Origin: Adineta vaga
Lineage: Eukaryota > Animalia > Rotifera
Direction: 5' to 3'
Assembly (NCBI GenBank): GCA_021613535.1
Contig: CP075492.1
Span: forward strand, 9,052,001 to 9,116,000
Length of the DNA stretch: 64,000 bases
Of the stretch, positions 27,249-42,457 are shown piece by piece; position 1 is the stretch's first letter; each line of letters opens with the position of its first letter. The position numbers were made by a program, and so were the translations under genes. Under the pieces are notes generated by a model. That model had not been told where the DNA came from. It saw only the letters and a list, made by a program, of their open reading frames with translations, and did not search any database.

Positions 27249-30200
27249 TCAATATTGATAATTGAGATTGCGATAATATGTGGGCGGCGGTGGACTACGC
27301 ATAGATTTTTGACGTACTAACTTTCTTTTTGACGAAGATGATGAAGTGATTGGTTCATAAAAATAATTTCGTCGAAACTAGAAAGAAAGAGATGATTATT
27401 GATGTGTGTGTGTTTTTTGGTCAGTAAATATTAATCACCTTTGATTTAATGTTATTTAGCAATAATTAATTAAGAGAAGAGAACAAAGGATTAAATAAGA
27501 AAAATAAATTCATTCATTCATTCATTCAAGCAAAGCATGTGCATGAAGGTTAGAGCGAATCATTCTCTATATTATTATCGTTGTTTACCGGAAATTGGAT
27601 TTCACTATTGTTTGTACTGTTCTGATGAGAAAAACATGGAGGTTCGGATGTAGTTTTACATAAGGATGGATGCGCTGATTCTTCGGATTTAGACGTAAAT
27701 CTCAGCAAAGGTAAATTTGAAGTCTAGAAAGAAAGAACAAAATTAAACTAAAGTTTATATGAATTCAAATATTTACTGGAGCTTTATGTTTGATAATCGA
27801 TGGTAATGTAGTGGATTGGGATGAATTAAATTCATTGGTAGATATTGAGAGTTGATTTAATACTGGCCATTCAGCAGGATCGAGTTGATGATGTGACTCT
27901 GATGAAGATTTTTCGTCGTTATTATTGTTGTTGTCATCGTCCGAAGTTATTTGATTGTTAAATATAAGAAGTGGTAAAGACGAAGAAAGTGTATTTGTTG
28001 GAGTTGTTACAGTCGATGAAGAGTTGTTTGTATTCGTATCTAGATATGTAGTTGGAATTGTTAGTGAAATACCAGCAGCAGCTGCTGCTGCAGCTTCAAT
28101 ATCTCGAGCAACTTTTCTTTCACTTAAACGTCGAAATAAAGATGTACTATGTGAATTTTTTCGATTTGAATTCGTTCCATTCGTATTCAATGTATTTGTT
28201 CCTGAAGAATTCAATGAATGTTTTTGACAATATGATTGATGCGTAGGTGTTGTTGACAATCTCTTTTCTGATTGTTGATGATAACGAAGTTTTTGTTTGG
28301 AAGGTGAGCGACGTCGTCCACCGGTACGTATTTGTGTTTCTGAGCAAGGTATAGCTCGTATTGATAATTTTTCTGAACCACTAAGAATTAATTTAATTAC
28401 TTCAGAATGAAATAAACCAGCAACAGGTTGTTCATTTACATGTGTAATAACATCATTTGGTTTTAAGCCAGCTTCTGCAGCTGGACCATGAACTGCAACA
28501 ACAACATGTTGTGTTGTATAATAATCTGTATTACCATGAAAGACTTTGATAGCACGTAATGTAAAGCCAAAACTACGTGGGCCACGATGAATAATAATTG
28601 GTGGTCGAAGATTATTTTTAACTGAATGAGTTGGAGAAAGTGTGGAAGATGAATATGAATTTTGTTCATATGTTTTTATAGTGGCATCACGTTCAAGTGG
28701 TGAGATGACCATATTATGACGATATGCTTGCCGACATGACCGATCATCCTAAACAAGAAAAGAATCAAATCGTATTAGAATTAGATTTGACAATTTTCTT
28801 TTTGTCAAACCTGATTATGAATGCAAATGGGTGGCGGCGGTGGAGATGATGACGAAGATGAGGATGAAAATGATTTCGAAAGTGATCGTGGAAAAGAACG
28901 CTGTTGTTGTTGATTGTGACAGTTCACTGATTTATAGGATGATAATGAAGATGGTGTTGAACATTTTTCATTTGGTATTGATACAATTGGTGTGATTAGA
29001 TTAGGATTCGGTTTTGGCTGTATGGGAGATAGAGCTCGAGGTATTCGAGTTCTCCTATGATAACGAAATTGATTTTTCTCTTGTTGATTATCATCACTAC
29101 TATCTACAGAATTTTGTTGTTCAAATAATTTAAAAGATGTTTTCCGTTGTTTATAATGTTTCGTCGTTGATAGTGAAGTTTTCTTTTCTTCATTATCAAT
29201 ACTTTTCTGTTTTGTTGATGATTCAGATTCATCAGAAGAAATTGGAATTGGTTCAAAAGTTCCAGAACTAAATATGGGTTCAGTTGTTGATGATTCAACT
29301 AAACGAAAAACGACGCATTCTGAAGAAATTCAATTTATTCAATTATCTTCGATTTGAACTTAAACTTTTCGTCCATACATGTAGCATCTCATTATTTAAA
29401 GAGTACTTCATAAACAATTATGAAAAGTTAAAAACAATTTTTCATAAGTAATTATAGATGAAAAGTTCAACTCATAGTTTTCTACTACTTGAACACCTAG
29501 AAATAGACTTATTTTCTTTTCTACGTTCAGGAACGGTCTCTTATCTATTATTAAAAGTAATTTTTTTCTTGCCTGACATGATTTAATTAAGTTAAAAAAT
29601 GATTACCTTTCTCATCAATCATTGATTTACTCATTGATAGTGCTTGAAATTCATTCGGAGAATCCATATGAAAAGAACCTAATGAATCAGTACATGAATT
29701 TGCACGAGATACATCTGTTGGTGAATTGGAATCATTATCTTGTTTACGTTGTTTATAAGTACCCGATAATTCGGAAGCATATTTGTTTGAAACTGATGAA
29801 AATGATGCAAACAATGAATCAGAATCATTGTTTCCTGTTGTCGTATTTGATAAACTATGATCATCTTCATCATCCGAATGTTTATAACGATCTTGTCTTG
29901 TATCAAAATAAGATGTGTCGTCAGGCGATTCTAATACCGGAACAAAATCAGCTTTTTCTCGTAATAATGAATTCCAATTAATACATGAACAGAATGGATG
30001 TGAACGTATTTCATAAGCACCAGCTAAGGTTCCTAATCGTTTCGATGGATCATGTTCAAGTAATTGTTCAATCAAATTCTTAGCATCGGAATAGATCATA
30101 TCTTCTGATGAATTCTCATCCATATCAGATGTTAATTGACTCCAATCAATTTCACCATTGATTACATTTGCAAATAATTCATCAGGTGTATTACCAGTAA

Positions 30201-32773
30201 ATGGCGGTATACTAACTAGAAATTCATAGAGAATAATGCCCATACTCCACCAATCAACTGCTTTGCCATAACCTTGTCTTAAAATCACTTCCGGTGCTAT
30301 ATAAGATGGTGTACCACATATTTGTTTATCATCAAATGCTTTTGTTTCCTTATCAATAAGTTTTTCATAGAAATTTGTTGTCAATGACATTAAACCAATT
30401 TTCGATAAACCAAAATCTGTTAATTTTATATGACCAATAGCTGTTATTAATAGATTATCTGGTTTAAGATCACGATGTATAATACCATAGGAATGTAAAT
30501 ATTCAACGGCTAATGTTGTTTCGGCAAAATACATTCGTGCTATATCAATATTTAATGGTCCACCAATATTCTTCAATAATGTTGCTACATCACCTCCTTC
30601 GACATATTCCATGACTAGACATAAATGATTTTTTGTTTCAAATGTACATATAAGTGCTACAACAAATGGATTGTCTGTAAACGTCATTATATCACGTTCA
30701 ACAAATGCTTGTTCAATTTGATTTCGTAAGATTAGATGAGTTTTGGAAATCTTTTTCATAGCATAACGTTCTTGTGTTTGTCGATGTTTAACTAAATGGA
30801 CAGCACCATAGGCTCCATTGGAAATCAATTTTAATACTTCAAAATCTTCTTCACATGGTCCTTTCATAGATGATGAACGTTCCACTGGTGGAAATATTGA
30901 ATTTGGTGTAATAGTTAAATAATTTGATTCAATAAATGATTCATTTTCAGTGTCAGTTGAAGAATTTTTTACCAGTTTTTTCTCTTCAGAATGTTCAGAT
31001 TCATTTACCTAGATAAAGTTATTTTTATTTCAAAATAATCTCATCCTTCTTAACTCATAGAGACAAAGAAAGTTTTATTGACAATTTTCTCAGATTTCTT
31101 TATGATGTATTCTAATGAATTTAGTCCCTTGAACTATCTTTTAATTACCTGTAAGCAATCGATGACATCAAGTGGATTTCGTTCTAAATTAAGTTGCGAA
31201 CAAATATATTTAGGAAAATCTTCTTTAAGATCAGCCATTGTTTTTGCTTGACATTCAACTTCTTCTAAAGTGCGAAGAAAATTTTCCGGATTGAAATGTA
31301 AACATTCTAGAAGACGAGCTGATCTTGCAGTAATTAATAATAATTTTCGAACAACTCCTTGAAGATCTTCAACAGATTGAGGACATTTTTCTTGTGCATT
31401 GAGCAATAATCTTTCAGATTATCAGTCATTTCATTAAAATATAAATTTGTTATTAATTCATTTGTTGATTTATTCAAACAATCTTTGGCTAATTCAATAA
31501 TTTGATTATGAATAAATCTTGCTGAACCATCCGAACAATAGTCGAATCTATCGATTACTTTATGTGTATCAATAAAATTTTGTAAACGTTCTTCCATTTG
31601 AACTTTAGCTTTTGGATAACGTTCTTTATAAATATATGCCATTGTATTCATATCTTGATCCGGTATAAGCATTAACTTATTTGGTGAAGAAGAGAGATTT
31701 GCATCGAGTAATGACATTGAAATAGAACGGGATTCTAGATGTTGAAAATCATCGACTGGATTGATGTCGAATGATTGTTTACATGTACAAATATGATGTT
31801 GATGTTGAAGACGTTCAAATGATGAATATTGTGAACTTGGTGGTGATGTTGTTCCATAACCACTCGATGATGGAACAGATGTTAACGACCATCGACGATT
31901 GCTATCATCATCGAGAGTATTCAAATCTTGATTAGGATCCGAAGAAACCGTTGAAATGGTTTGTGGACGTGGTGATAATTGTTTTCTAAATGCATGTTTT
32001 AAATTAATTAAATGTAAACTCGATAAATTTCGCTGACGTGTACTGGGTCGACGTCCTAATAATGATAATGTGTTATTTGTTGTTGATGCTGAAGATGTTC
32101 TTGGAGATGTTTTTACAGATGGACTTGTTTGATAGGATGAATGCGTTTGTAAAGGAGTTAAATTTGGCTCGGAAAGACTAATTCGATAACGACGTAAACG
32201 ACAAATATTGGTAGTTTGTTGATTAGGAAGAACAACATCAGTTGATGTCGAATTTTGTGATTGAAAAACCATCCAACTTCGACGACGAATTGCATCTTTA
32301 AGGATTTTTTTCGAATTTTGATCACGTGGACGAAGAAAATTTTGACTAGAACATGTCGATGATCGTTGACGATAGGGTAATGGTGTCGAAGGTTCAGATC
32401 CTTCACATTCATCAACACTTAATAATCGTCGATCTGTTTTTTCATTTATTATTTCAGATGTACCACCAGAATCTGCATCTAATTATAGAATAGTAAAAAA
32501 AATCATACGCAATAGATACAATGTTTAACCTTGATTTGTAAAAAATCTACCTGAAACAACAACAAATAATTTGGTTGATTTCTCTCCGTTATCATTTGAT
32601 TGTATTAAATCATCTACATTTGTTTTGATATCATCTTCTGATATCGTTACAATTGTTGTGATCGGTGAAGTTTTGGAAGTTAATGTTTGTTTTTCTTCAT
32701 TTTTATTCATTGGTAATAATGGCATGGCAGTAGATGATTTCTGTTTTGACTTTTGGCCAAACAATTTTCTCAT
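27249..32773 (-). CDS. MAST: Microtubule-associated serine/threonine kinase (DUF1908 + AGC kinase + PDZ); apparent 1-nt frameshift near 31415
   Basis: [88 protein letters not shown]; 3' exons uncertain. Confidence 0.88.
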
Positions 32774-35445
32774 ACTTTAATATTCAATAGATAACTTGCT
32801 GTCAACAACAGAGCAATAATAATGTATCACCTTTTTTTTCCTTTCTATTATTCTTCTTTGCATGAAGCGAAAGGGCGAAAAAGAAGAAAAAGGTATAATT
32901 ATGGTTGAAAATATTGATGACAGATGAAAAATAACGACGAAGTATTCTCTAGTGTTTTGCGAGTTTGTTTGAATAAAAGACTTGCTGGTGTTTCTTGCAT
33001 CCTATAATATAGAATAAAAAGCAACGTAAACATTTATATACCGCTATCAATGATAAACAGTTCGTGCTGATAAGTAATCAGAAAAAATATGTCTATCAAA
33101 TTGTTGCTGACAACTCCATAAATAAAAACGAGAAACAGAGAGAGAGAGAAAAAACAACAACAACAAGAATTTTCTTATTGAACCCGACAATAATAATGAT
33201 GAACACAAGAAGAAAAAGAAGAAGATGGTAAATGTGTATGTCGATGTGCCAAAGAAAATTCTTTTTCTAGCCTATTTATTTGTTCGCTCGCATTTGTTTT
33301 TCAAATGACGAGTTGCTTTTTCTTTCCTTACTTTTCTTTCCTTTTTCTTCCTCATTCCTTTTTTCTTCTCGCTCGACATCCTGTGAGAAACTATCAGCTG
33401 TCATTATTATGACTCGATGACAAAAACAGATCAACATATATAAAAAGAATTAGAAGTTATTTCATCATATACAGTTCTCTATCAAGAAAACTAATTATAG
33501 ATACATTTTAAATTTTACACTAATATAATCCATTTCTTATCGGAAAAACTATCTTCAATTACCTTTCATTTGATACATGAGGAATCAAGTCATAAAAAAA
33601 GACCTATTCAAATAGATTTCATCACTAAAATGCCACAGATTCGAAATAACAACACATGAGATAAATATAAATATCGATAACCTTCATGCAAATATGTTTT
33701 AGTATGATTCGCTTACTTATCTACATAGAAGAATCGAAAAGTTTATCAAGTCGACTGTTTTATTATTGACATCAGAAACAAACTCGAGAAGAAATATTGT
33801 TCTATAAATTCTCTCTAACAAATCTTTGTGCTATTTCAAAAAAGATTACCTATTTAATCATCGAAATATCTCGTAATCTATACGAAAGAAAAATAAGAGA
33901 TTATCGTTTGCTTTTCTTTCCTAACCAAACTATCACGGTCAATGAATAGGATAGAATCTTTCTTTTTTTTCTTCTTCTCCTATCGATTCGCGTATTCATA
34001 CACATAAAAAAATGTTCTTGAAAGAACGATAATAAATACTTCGTGAAGCTATGCAATTGCAGCTGTGAATGAGTACGAAATATTTCTTTTTTGTAATCAC
34101 TCGTGCGGAGTAAAAGATATTCGTATAGATAAATAAATTAGTGATTTACTTGTGTATTAACGAAATCATGCGAAAAATTCAATACGAATAATGACATCAA
34201 CAACATTTCGTTGATTCTCATATTTCTTTGCAGAAGATTTATGTCAAGAATAATTGAATTCTATCTAATTTTTCTGCTAATGTTTATAAAAAAAAAGATC
34301 GTATGAACACCGATTGACGTCATTAGATTCGATTGTCTAATGGATATTTTTTCTCTTTTTTTCTTCTTCTTTACTATAGCAAAGAAAAGCATATTTGATC
34401 AAACGTCATTTATGATCGTAAATATACGAATAAAAATGTTGTTGACACTTTTTCCAGTTTAGTATGTCTTTCATCTCATTAACTTTCGCTTCACATGTAA
34501 CTTTTTTCTGTCGAAGATACGTTTATAATTAGTGTAAATACTACTGACTTATATAAATCACTTGCCGTTTTTCTTTTCCATAAAAGATAATAATAAGAAG
34601 AAGAAGAAAAAGAACTCATCTTTCATCGTGTTTGACATGAACAACAAAAGGTATCTCTCCATGTTAAGTTTGGTTTTATTGACATTTAAAAAAAGAAACA
34701 AGCATACAGATTTAATGAATCAAAAATAAGTCATCCGAGACTTTTATAGACTTCATATCTAAGACGAAGAAGAAAACTCCGTTTATTTAGTTGAGTATAT
34801 AAAAATAGCAACAAAATATGTTAATTCAAAGATGTTTCCTGGGATTAGAAGAGAATGAGGAATAATTATAATTATAGTGGTAATGATGAATGACATGAAT
34901 GAGTTGAGAAATTGTGTTCCGAATGTCAAAAAAAAACAAGACTATTCCTACTCATAGTAGTATTATAATTGCCAGCGCTGCTTTGAATAAACTCTACAAA
35001 AACAAAGACAATATGTTTGACATTAGGCATTCAAATTTCGATTAATTTTGTATCTATTTTCTAACGACTAAATATAGAATTAATTATGTATATTGAAGTT
35101 TTTTATTTATATTTCGTCCCTATGATCAAAAGAAATATTACTATAATATTAAAAAGCAAATATAGAAAATATAAAGTGTTGAGATATTAGGTTCAATCTA
35201 ATCACTTGTTTATTGTGTGTAATTCAAGGTCATGAATTGACGTACATTAATAATCAAGCTTAGTTGGTTTCTCAAGTGTTTATAATGTTTTTCTACGATA
35301 ATACAATTCTTCGTACTAAATTATAGTAGGAAGCCACGAAAGAAAATAAAAAATGTATTGTTATTTTTAGAATGAGAAAAACAGATTCAAAGATATACTT
35401 CTTATTCAAAAATGATACTTTTTATGATTATTTTATTAAATTGAT

Positions 35446-35705
35446 CTACACATTTGTAATAGAAGACAATTGTTGTTCTCGATAATGAATCATACGTAAT
35501 GTTTCTGAGAGTGAAGGTTGCGATGCTGCTATCTGACATGTTGGATATTTCATAAGAAGTGCTGTCGATGCAACTGAAGATGTACTTATATGCCTATTAA
35601 CCAGAAAATGGTTTGATGTTTGTTTAGATTGCATTGGTGGATGTTTTTCTACAAAAGAAACAATTAAATCTTTCTAGAACAATATATAATTAGTATACTT
35701 TTCAT
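35446..35705 (-). CDS. Possible small two-exon ORF (about 69 aa), unknown function
   Basis: ATGAAAA/GTATACT...TAG/AAAAACATCCACCAATG splices in frame onto the 62-aa ORF; no recognisable motif. Confidence 0.25.
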
Positions 35706-36331
35706 TGTGTCAGAACGAAAGATTTTCAAACATTTACAAATCAATGAAAATATAATGAGCAATAAAAATAGAATAACAGTAACGAGACCAATATAGACAA
35801 GAATCGATCGAATTTCTTCTTTATAATCAATAAATGCTATAAATAGGAAAATTATGTTTGCATATGGTGTTATACAGAGATAAACTTACTTTCATCGTCT
35901 TGATCAGATGCTATTACCATTTTCATTCTTATATCGTTTGTCTGATCATAGGCATGCATATATTTTGTTTGAAGTGTCTGTTAAATGACAATCATAAATT
36001 TCTAATCTACACTACCGTTCTTTCACTTCGACAATATAAGTGGTTGACCAAGGTGAATAAAGTTAGTAACGTAAAAAGAGATGAAGTATATACATGAAAT
36101 GATTTCAATGTTAAACTTACGAGTAATGGCACGCGTTTTAAATAAACAATCTGAGAAGTTTGACCTTTCTTCATTATATATAACTAGAATCTTGAATTTC
36201 TATTCTTAACTAATGTCAATGAATTGATAAGAATGGAATGTATGTTCTTTTTATTTCACATGGAATCGAGAATTTTTCGATACATAGATTGAACGCACAA
36301 GAAAAAGAAAAAGAACAAAAAAATAGAAGTA

Positions 36332-38879
36332 TTAATGTAATGACGAATAAATACGAATAGTATTGTCTTCATCATCGGTAACATTGTCATCAGTTGTTCG
36401 ATCACCATCTTGTTGAGAAGAAGTTAATTTTATGGCTTGATCATCAACACGTATATTCATCTGTTTTGTTGTTGGTGATAAAGAATTTTTTTTTAATAAT
36501 CGTTCTTGAACTCGAGTTATATTTGATGCACTTAAACATTCGGTACTTGTGACATGATAATTATGATTTGACGATGTGGGCCGTCGACGAATAATATGAA
36601 ATTCTGAAAGGCAATGTAGAACTTCATCAAGAATAATACAACGAAATTTCTTTCCAGCTAAACAATATAGAAAAAAATTGACAATATGTGGCAAATCAGA
36701 CAAAATATCTTGTGTAACACTGGTATAAAAACTAATTTGATATAAACTTATTTCATCATCACTAACTGTTTGACAATCACGGCCACGTAAAATTGCTTGT
36801 GTTCCATTTTTTTTCGTAAAAAAAAATGTTGCTGTATTAGGTATATTGAAAAGAATCAATGAAACTGTAACAGCAAAAAGCATTCGTGTAACTTGAGCAC
36901 TTGTATGACGTCGTCGAGATGCCTGACTTGTATCAGCTGCTAATGATACTGTTGGAGATGTTTGACGATAATTTGATCTTAATCGATTTTTCACTTTTAA
37001 GATTTCTAGTTCCGAACTATTAGATTTGACTTTAGCTTCTTTTCGTGACCAATTAAATGAAGTACGAGATATACGGTGTAAAGTCACAGCAATAACGATG
37101 TTTGCAGCTGTAATTAATGCTAAAATAAAAAAGTAAAAACCATTCGTGAAAAAGAACTATTGGCCTAGATATTCAAATTCTTAACTGAACAAATCTCCTG
37201 TCAAGCATATAGAATCATTCTATTGATAATGAAGGTACTTAGCTGATATTAAATGAAAAGAAGAAAAAAAAACTTTCCCAGACTATCACATAGATACTCG
37301 AAAGATGAAGTATGTTTTTCTTTATTTGATAAGTCCTTGATTCTTTAATATATCCTCAAAGTAATGATGAATCATGTTAAATTCTTGAACGATCCTATAA
37401 ATATTCAGAATACATTTTAACAAGTTCATGTAATCAAAGGATAATTATTACAGATGTCAGAACATCTCCGAGTTATTCGATAGATATGTCAACAACTACT
37501 TACGTTGAAAAGAGAATTTTTCTACAGATAGATGATCGACTACATAACAATTTCATTTCCGTGTCATAGTCTAATTAGTTATTTATATAGATTTGCAATA
37601 ACTATTAACCCTTCCGTGAAAATGTATTCGAGCATAGATAAATAACGATAGCAGCAAAGGAAACCTCGATATTCAAGATGATGAATGTAGCTGTATGAGA
37701 AAGAAAAAAGATATTTCAAAGATTCAATGAAAAATAGTAATAGGTGAGAAATTTAAATATTAATATTTGTTTTTTTTCTTCTTTCTGAGTCTTGTAAATA
37801 AATTTTTGAATAGAGTCAAACTATCATTTGACATTTTAACGGAGAGGGCATGAACTTTTTAGAATCAAGTATACAATGAAGGGACCAGAAGAAAAAAATC
37901 AACAAACTATTTTAAGATTAATGAAGCATCACAATAGAATTAACTGTCTGAACAACTTTTTTAATTACATATTCGAATACTTCTTTTCTTTTGACTTTTT
38001 ATTCTGTAATCAAGCTAATTTGAATGATTATCTCTAATGATATATTAGTCGATGATTCGGAAGGATTCAAAAACTGATTTATGTAAAGCTTCTTTCATTG
38101 TAATTATTCTCTTGTCAATAAAGTTAAAATTACTTGGCTTAAAAAAGAAAGTAAATGAACATCTTACCAATAGGTAATATTGACGCGGTAATGATATCAA
38201 GTACCAGTGGGTCTTTGTTGCTGTCTAATCCACAAGATTTTGAGTTTAAGCCACTAGTATTTTGAGTCGCAAATGAAATAAATGGTAAATTAGCGAGAAA
38301 AAGTATAAGACTTGTTATATAACATATATAAGATGCTCGTTTATGTGTTAACCATATGCTTGATTTCAATGGATAAATAACTGCAATTGCCTTATCTCTA
38401 GAAGAAGAAGAAAGAAGAAGAAGCAAAAGAAGAACTTGTCAGATAAGTTAGTTTATATCTTTGCTTCTTAGTACTTACACACTCATCAAAACGATTGTCC
38501 ACATAGCTATAGAAATACATGTATTCATACATACATATAATGCTTTACAAAAGCCAACTGTTATAAAAGAAATCTCTTTCATTTTGATTGTCGATTGATA
38601 ATTTAATTCTGCTCGAAGATATTTAAGTACAATAGCCAAAATATCAAAAATTGCAAGAAAACGTAAGAAGAAAATTGTTGTCGATTTATTCGATAATCTC
38701 GGCCGAGAAAGAACAATGAGACAAAGAGTATTTAATAATACTCCTGGACCAATTAAGATACGTAAATAATGATAATTTAAATATTTAAAGAATAAATAAT
38801 AGTTTGTATAAACACGATCAGACAATGAACAATTATTGGTTGGTACCAATGTTGATAGAATCGTTTCTGTCGAATTCAT
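36332..38879 (-). CDS. Class A peptide-receptor-like GPCR, 3 coding exons with a 1-kb intron
   Basis: PGVLLN TM1, LAIFD TM2, FCK...MSVDKAIAVIYPL (DRY variant), VTRMLFAV...FNIP TM6, HIVNFFLYCLAGKKFR TM7/helix 8; introns about 38398-38477 and 37121-38167. Confidence 0.88.
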
Positions 38880-41329
38880 TAGTCTTCTAACTGAGAAAGA
38901 AAACAAAAAAGAGATAGATTTATTACAAGTTGCTAATCTCTTCTTTTTTTTACATATGTGAAGTAAAACTTGACAGAATGATCATTACAAAAAAGTTTCT
39001 TTTTCTCTTTTAACATGCATGCTCAACGTCCGGACTGATGAAAGTAATTACAACAAGTGCAGTTAGGCAGGTAGATCTGAGAATATATGATAAACTTACT
39101 CAAATTAAATTTATTATTAGATCAAACAAACAAACAAAAAAGGAATCTAAGAAGAAATGAGTTGAATTCAAAAAGAGAAAGAAAAAACTGACATTCTTGA
39201 ATCGATAGACATTTTTTCTAGTGAATAATTATATAGAAAACTTATCGAACTGGTAATTATTTCGAATTTGATTCGTTTGTATCAAATGACGACGAAATAT
39301 TTCGGATAGGTCAGATTTCACAGAGAAGAAGGATGAGTTTATACTTATTTAAAATCTCGCATTATTTTCATCAATGACGTTAATGTTATTGTCGAAATTT
39401 TCCTTTACAAGAAGAAAATAAATTACTTGAATGAGTAAAAAATATTCAGTCAATCGAATGTCTAACGTATCAATTGATGAATTTCACGAACAAAGAACTG
39501 ATTCTATTGCAAACTTATGTGAGTTTTAATTCATATGTCGATGTTATGACAGACTTTGTGAAAGAGGAGATGAAATACTCAGGGAATTATATATGCTAGA
39601 AATCATCTTCTCGTCATTCTTCTTTTCCTTTCCTAAGATACAAAACGAGAAAAACAAGGAAATTCTTTTGATGATGACAATATATAATGAAAATGAGAAG
39701 AAAGAAAAATCTATTTCTTTTCATAATAGAAGACTAACATATCGAAGTTAATTAGTAAGTTTATTAGCAAGGTTAGAGCTATGCCTAGAAGTTTCCTTTT
39801 TTTTTTACATATGAAAAATTTTTGTTAATATTAATGTCAAACTTCATCATTAGAAAAATGGAATTTTTCGCTTGACTAGATGATTAATTTATTCAATCTA
39901 TGATTTTCTAAGATCAACTCAGTTCGAATTCTAGACCACCAAGTTCAATGTAGTCAATGAGTTTAAACATGTTTGACAAATTGATCAGTCGTGAGATATA
40001 ATTTCCTTCTAACCGAAGAATCTTTTGAAAAAGTAATTGCCTTGCATTTTATATAAATTATAATTCTCATCTTTACGAAAATAAAAGTAAACAAAGATGT
40101 TGTATCACTGATGAATAGAAAAAAAAGTTCTCTTTCATTGATAATACCTTCTTCGAAATATGTATTAATCTAACAAAGGCAATATATATATATATATATA
40201 TAGGATATGTTTAATCTTAGCGTAACATAAGTTTTTAGTCCTTCTTAAGACTGATAAATAGAAAAACAAGATTTCGTTTATTAATATGTGAGTTATTTTA
40301 GATGCATATAATATGTAACTCGATAAGAAGACATTGATCAAATGTCCTTGTCAGATAAAACAAGTATGAATATACAAATTGTTTTACTTAAAAAACAACT
40401 AGTTACATCATGTTTATTATTTTACAAGTGTGAAAATCTTAGTCAAGTTTTTTTTTGTTCTAATAATTTCTAATCCGTTTTGTTTTTCGGAAGTAGATTA
40501 CTCTTTGCACCACTATATTTAACGTTGCATGTCATCATTTGACAATTTGATTAACTGTTTCAAGTTCCGCTTGTCATTTTCCTATGGAAAAACTATGCAT
40601 GTATACATTTATTACTGATGTACTGTGAAATGATATATAAATATCTCATTGCTTCTTAACAGAAAACCAACAACTTTTTATACATCACTCAACCGTATAT
40701 TTGCTGTTAATTTAACATAATAATTACTTGTATTAATGCCTATGTAGTCATAGAAGTCATGTCATCCGTCATGATTATTCATCTTACTTCATAATTCATA
40801 CTAGCGTAGTTTATACGCGAACGAACAAATTAGAAAAAATACATAATAAAATAGATGAAAGAAAAATGATAGAATAATCAACATTTCTACCGTGTTAGGA
40901 TTTTCAGTATTGATAAACGTATTCTTAGGAGAGAGAAAAAAAAGATGAATTACATGTTCAAAATTATTTTCAATGTATGGTTACATTTGAGTATTAATTT
41001 AATTTGTTCTTTTTAGTCTTTTTTCAATGATGTTATTTGCATTTTTTTAATAATAATTACTTATGCATGTTTGCATTAAACAAATCTCAATCTTTATCCC
41101 TAAAAATACCCTTCAAGTAAAAAGCAAACAAATGCTGAAATCACGGTCATATATCTACATTCATAACACTCAGATTTGTTGCATTGAAATCTAAGCATCA
41201 TATCAAAACTGATTATGTGGTTCGATGCTTGACACGAAAATAAGTTTATTCGAGCCGAAAAAAAACAGAATGTAAATCTAATAATTCTAAAAAAAATATA
41301 CGAAAACTGATTTCAGGAGAAGAGGATGT

Positions 41330-42356
41330 CTATTGTGCTGACCAACCACCATCGACAGGTATGGCTGTTCCAGTTCTAATGAAAATCAAATTCATATCTT
41401 AGTATAGATTAGTTTTGTTTTTCATATAACTTACAATGTAGCACTAATGTCACTAGCAAGTAGTAAGGATAAATTTGCAATCAATTCGATAGGTACAAAT
41501 TTTTTGACTGCATGTTTCTGAAGTATAACTCGAGGTATAACTTCCGATTCTAGAACGATATAAAAATAAACCAATGAAAATGTCTTTTCTTCTCAAAAGA
41601 TTCTACCGGAGATGTCATGTGATTTAGCTTGATCACGTATTTGTGCATCAACGAGTGGTGTTCGAACATAACCGGGACAAATAGCATTACAATTAATATT
41701 AAATGGTGCACCTTCGAGTGCAGTAACTTTTGTTAAACCGAGTACACCATGTTTAGCAGCAACATAAGCCGATTTGTATTCACTTGCAAATAGAGCATGA
41801 GCTGATGCGATATTGATAATTCGACCGAATTGTTTTGCTTTCATTGGTTTCATTAGAGCTTTTGTAAGAATAAATGCGGATGATAAGTTTACGCGAAGAA
41901 TATCTTCCCATTTTTGATCCGGAAAATTTTCAATGGGTGAAACATGTTGAATACCACAGTTATTAATTAAAACATCTATAAATAAAACAAGCAATTATTC
42001 ATTAGAATCAATCAAAGAGAAAAGTAAAAATATCAACCAATATGTTTAAATTGTTTTAAACCTTCATCTACCATAGCGCGTAATTGATCTGTATGCAAAG
42101 CATTAGCTGGTGAATAGAGATGATCAACTTGAAATTCTTTTGCAGTAGAAGCAGCAATTTCATGTCCATTTTTTTCTAATCCATTGAATATGATATTATA
42201 TTTAGCTTTAGCAAATCCACGAGCAATTCCAAGACCAATACCGCTAGACAAAGAAAAGTGATTAAACAATTTCGTTTTTTTTTCAAGCTGTGCAAGTTTT
42301 CAACTACTTCTAACCTACCTGGTACTACCGGTAATCAATACTGTTCGTCCAGCCAT
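41330..42356 (-). CDS. D-3-hydroxybutyrate dehydrogenase, bacterial-type SDR, 5 exons
   Basis: TGSTSGIG, NNCGIQHVSPIENFP, NIASAH, YVAAKHG, CPGYVRTPLV, PVDGGWSAQ* match the bacterial BdhA-type signature; four GT-AG introns. Confidence 0.9.
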
Positions 42357-42457
42357 TTATCTAGAAATATAAAAGACAAAAAAACGACCATTCTTTATAT
42401 TTTTTTTAATCTGATACAGGATTTTCGAAAAGCAATAGAAATTATGTTTTTTTTAAT

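Noticed and set aside
27955-29981. Antisense and alternate-frame ORFs inside the MAST gene, and similar shadow ORFs in the AGO, Vps34, PSMB5 and SBP2 genes
   Set aside because: Explained as by-products of codon bias in the real coding frame
35446-35705. Small ORF as an alternative first exon of MAST
   Set aside because: Its candidate donors are phase 0 or 2, whereas the MAST exon at 32478 needs phase 1
32800-36300. Long non-coding stretches (also 38900-41300) as possible mobile elements
   Set aside because: No transposase or RT ORF, terminal repeats or target-site duplications seen; consistent with upstream regulatory DNA of MAST and the GPCR
39025-39085. CTGATGA core suggesting a hammerhead ribozyme
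   Set aside because: I could not build stem II followed by GAAA or the flanking helices
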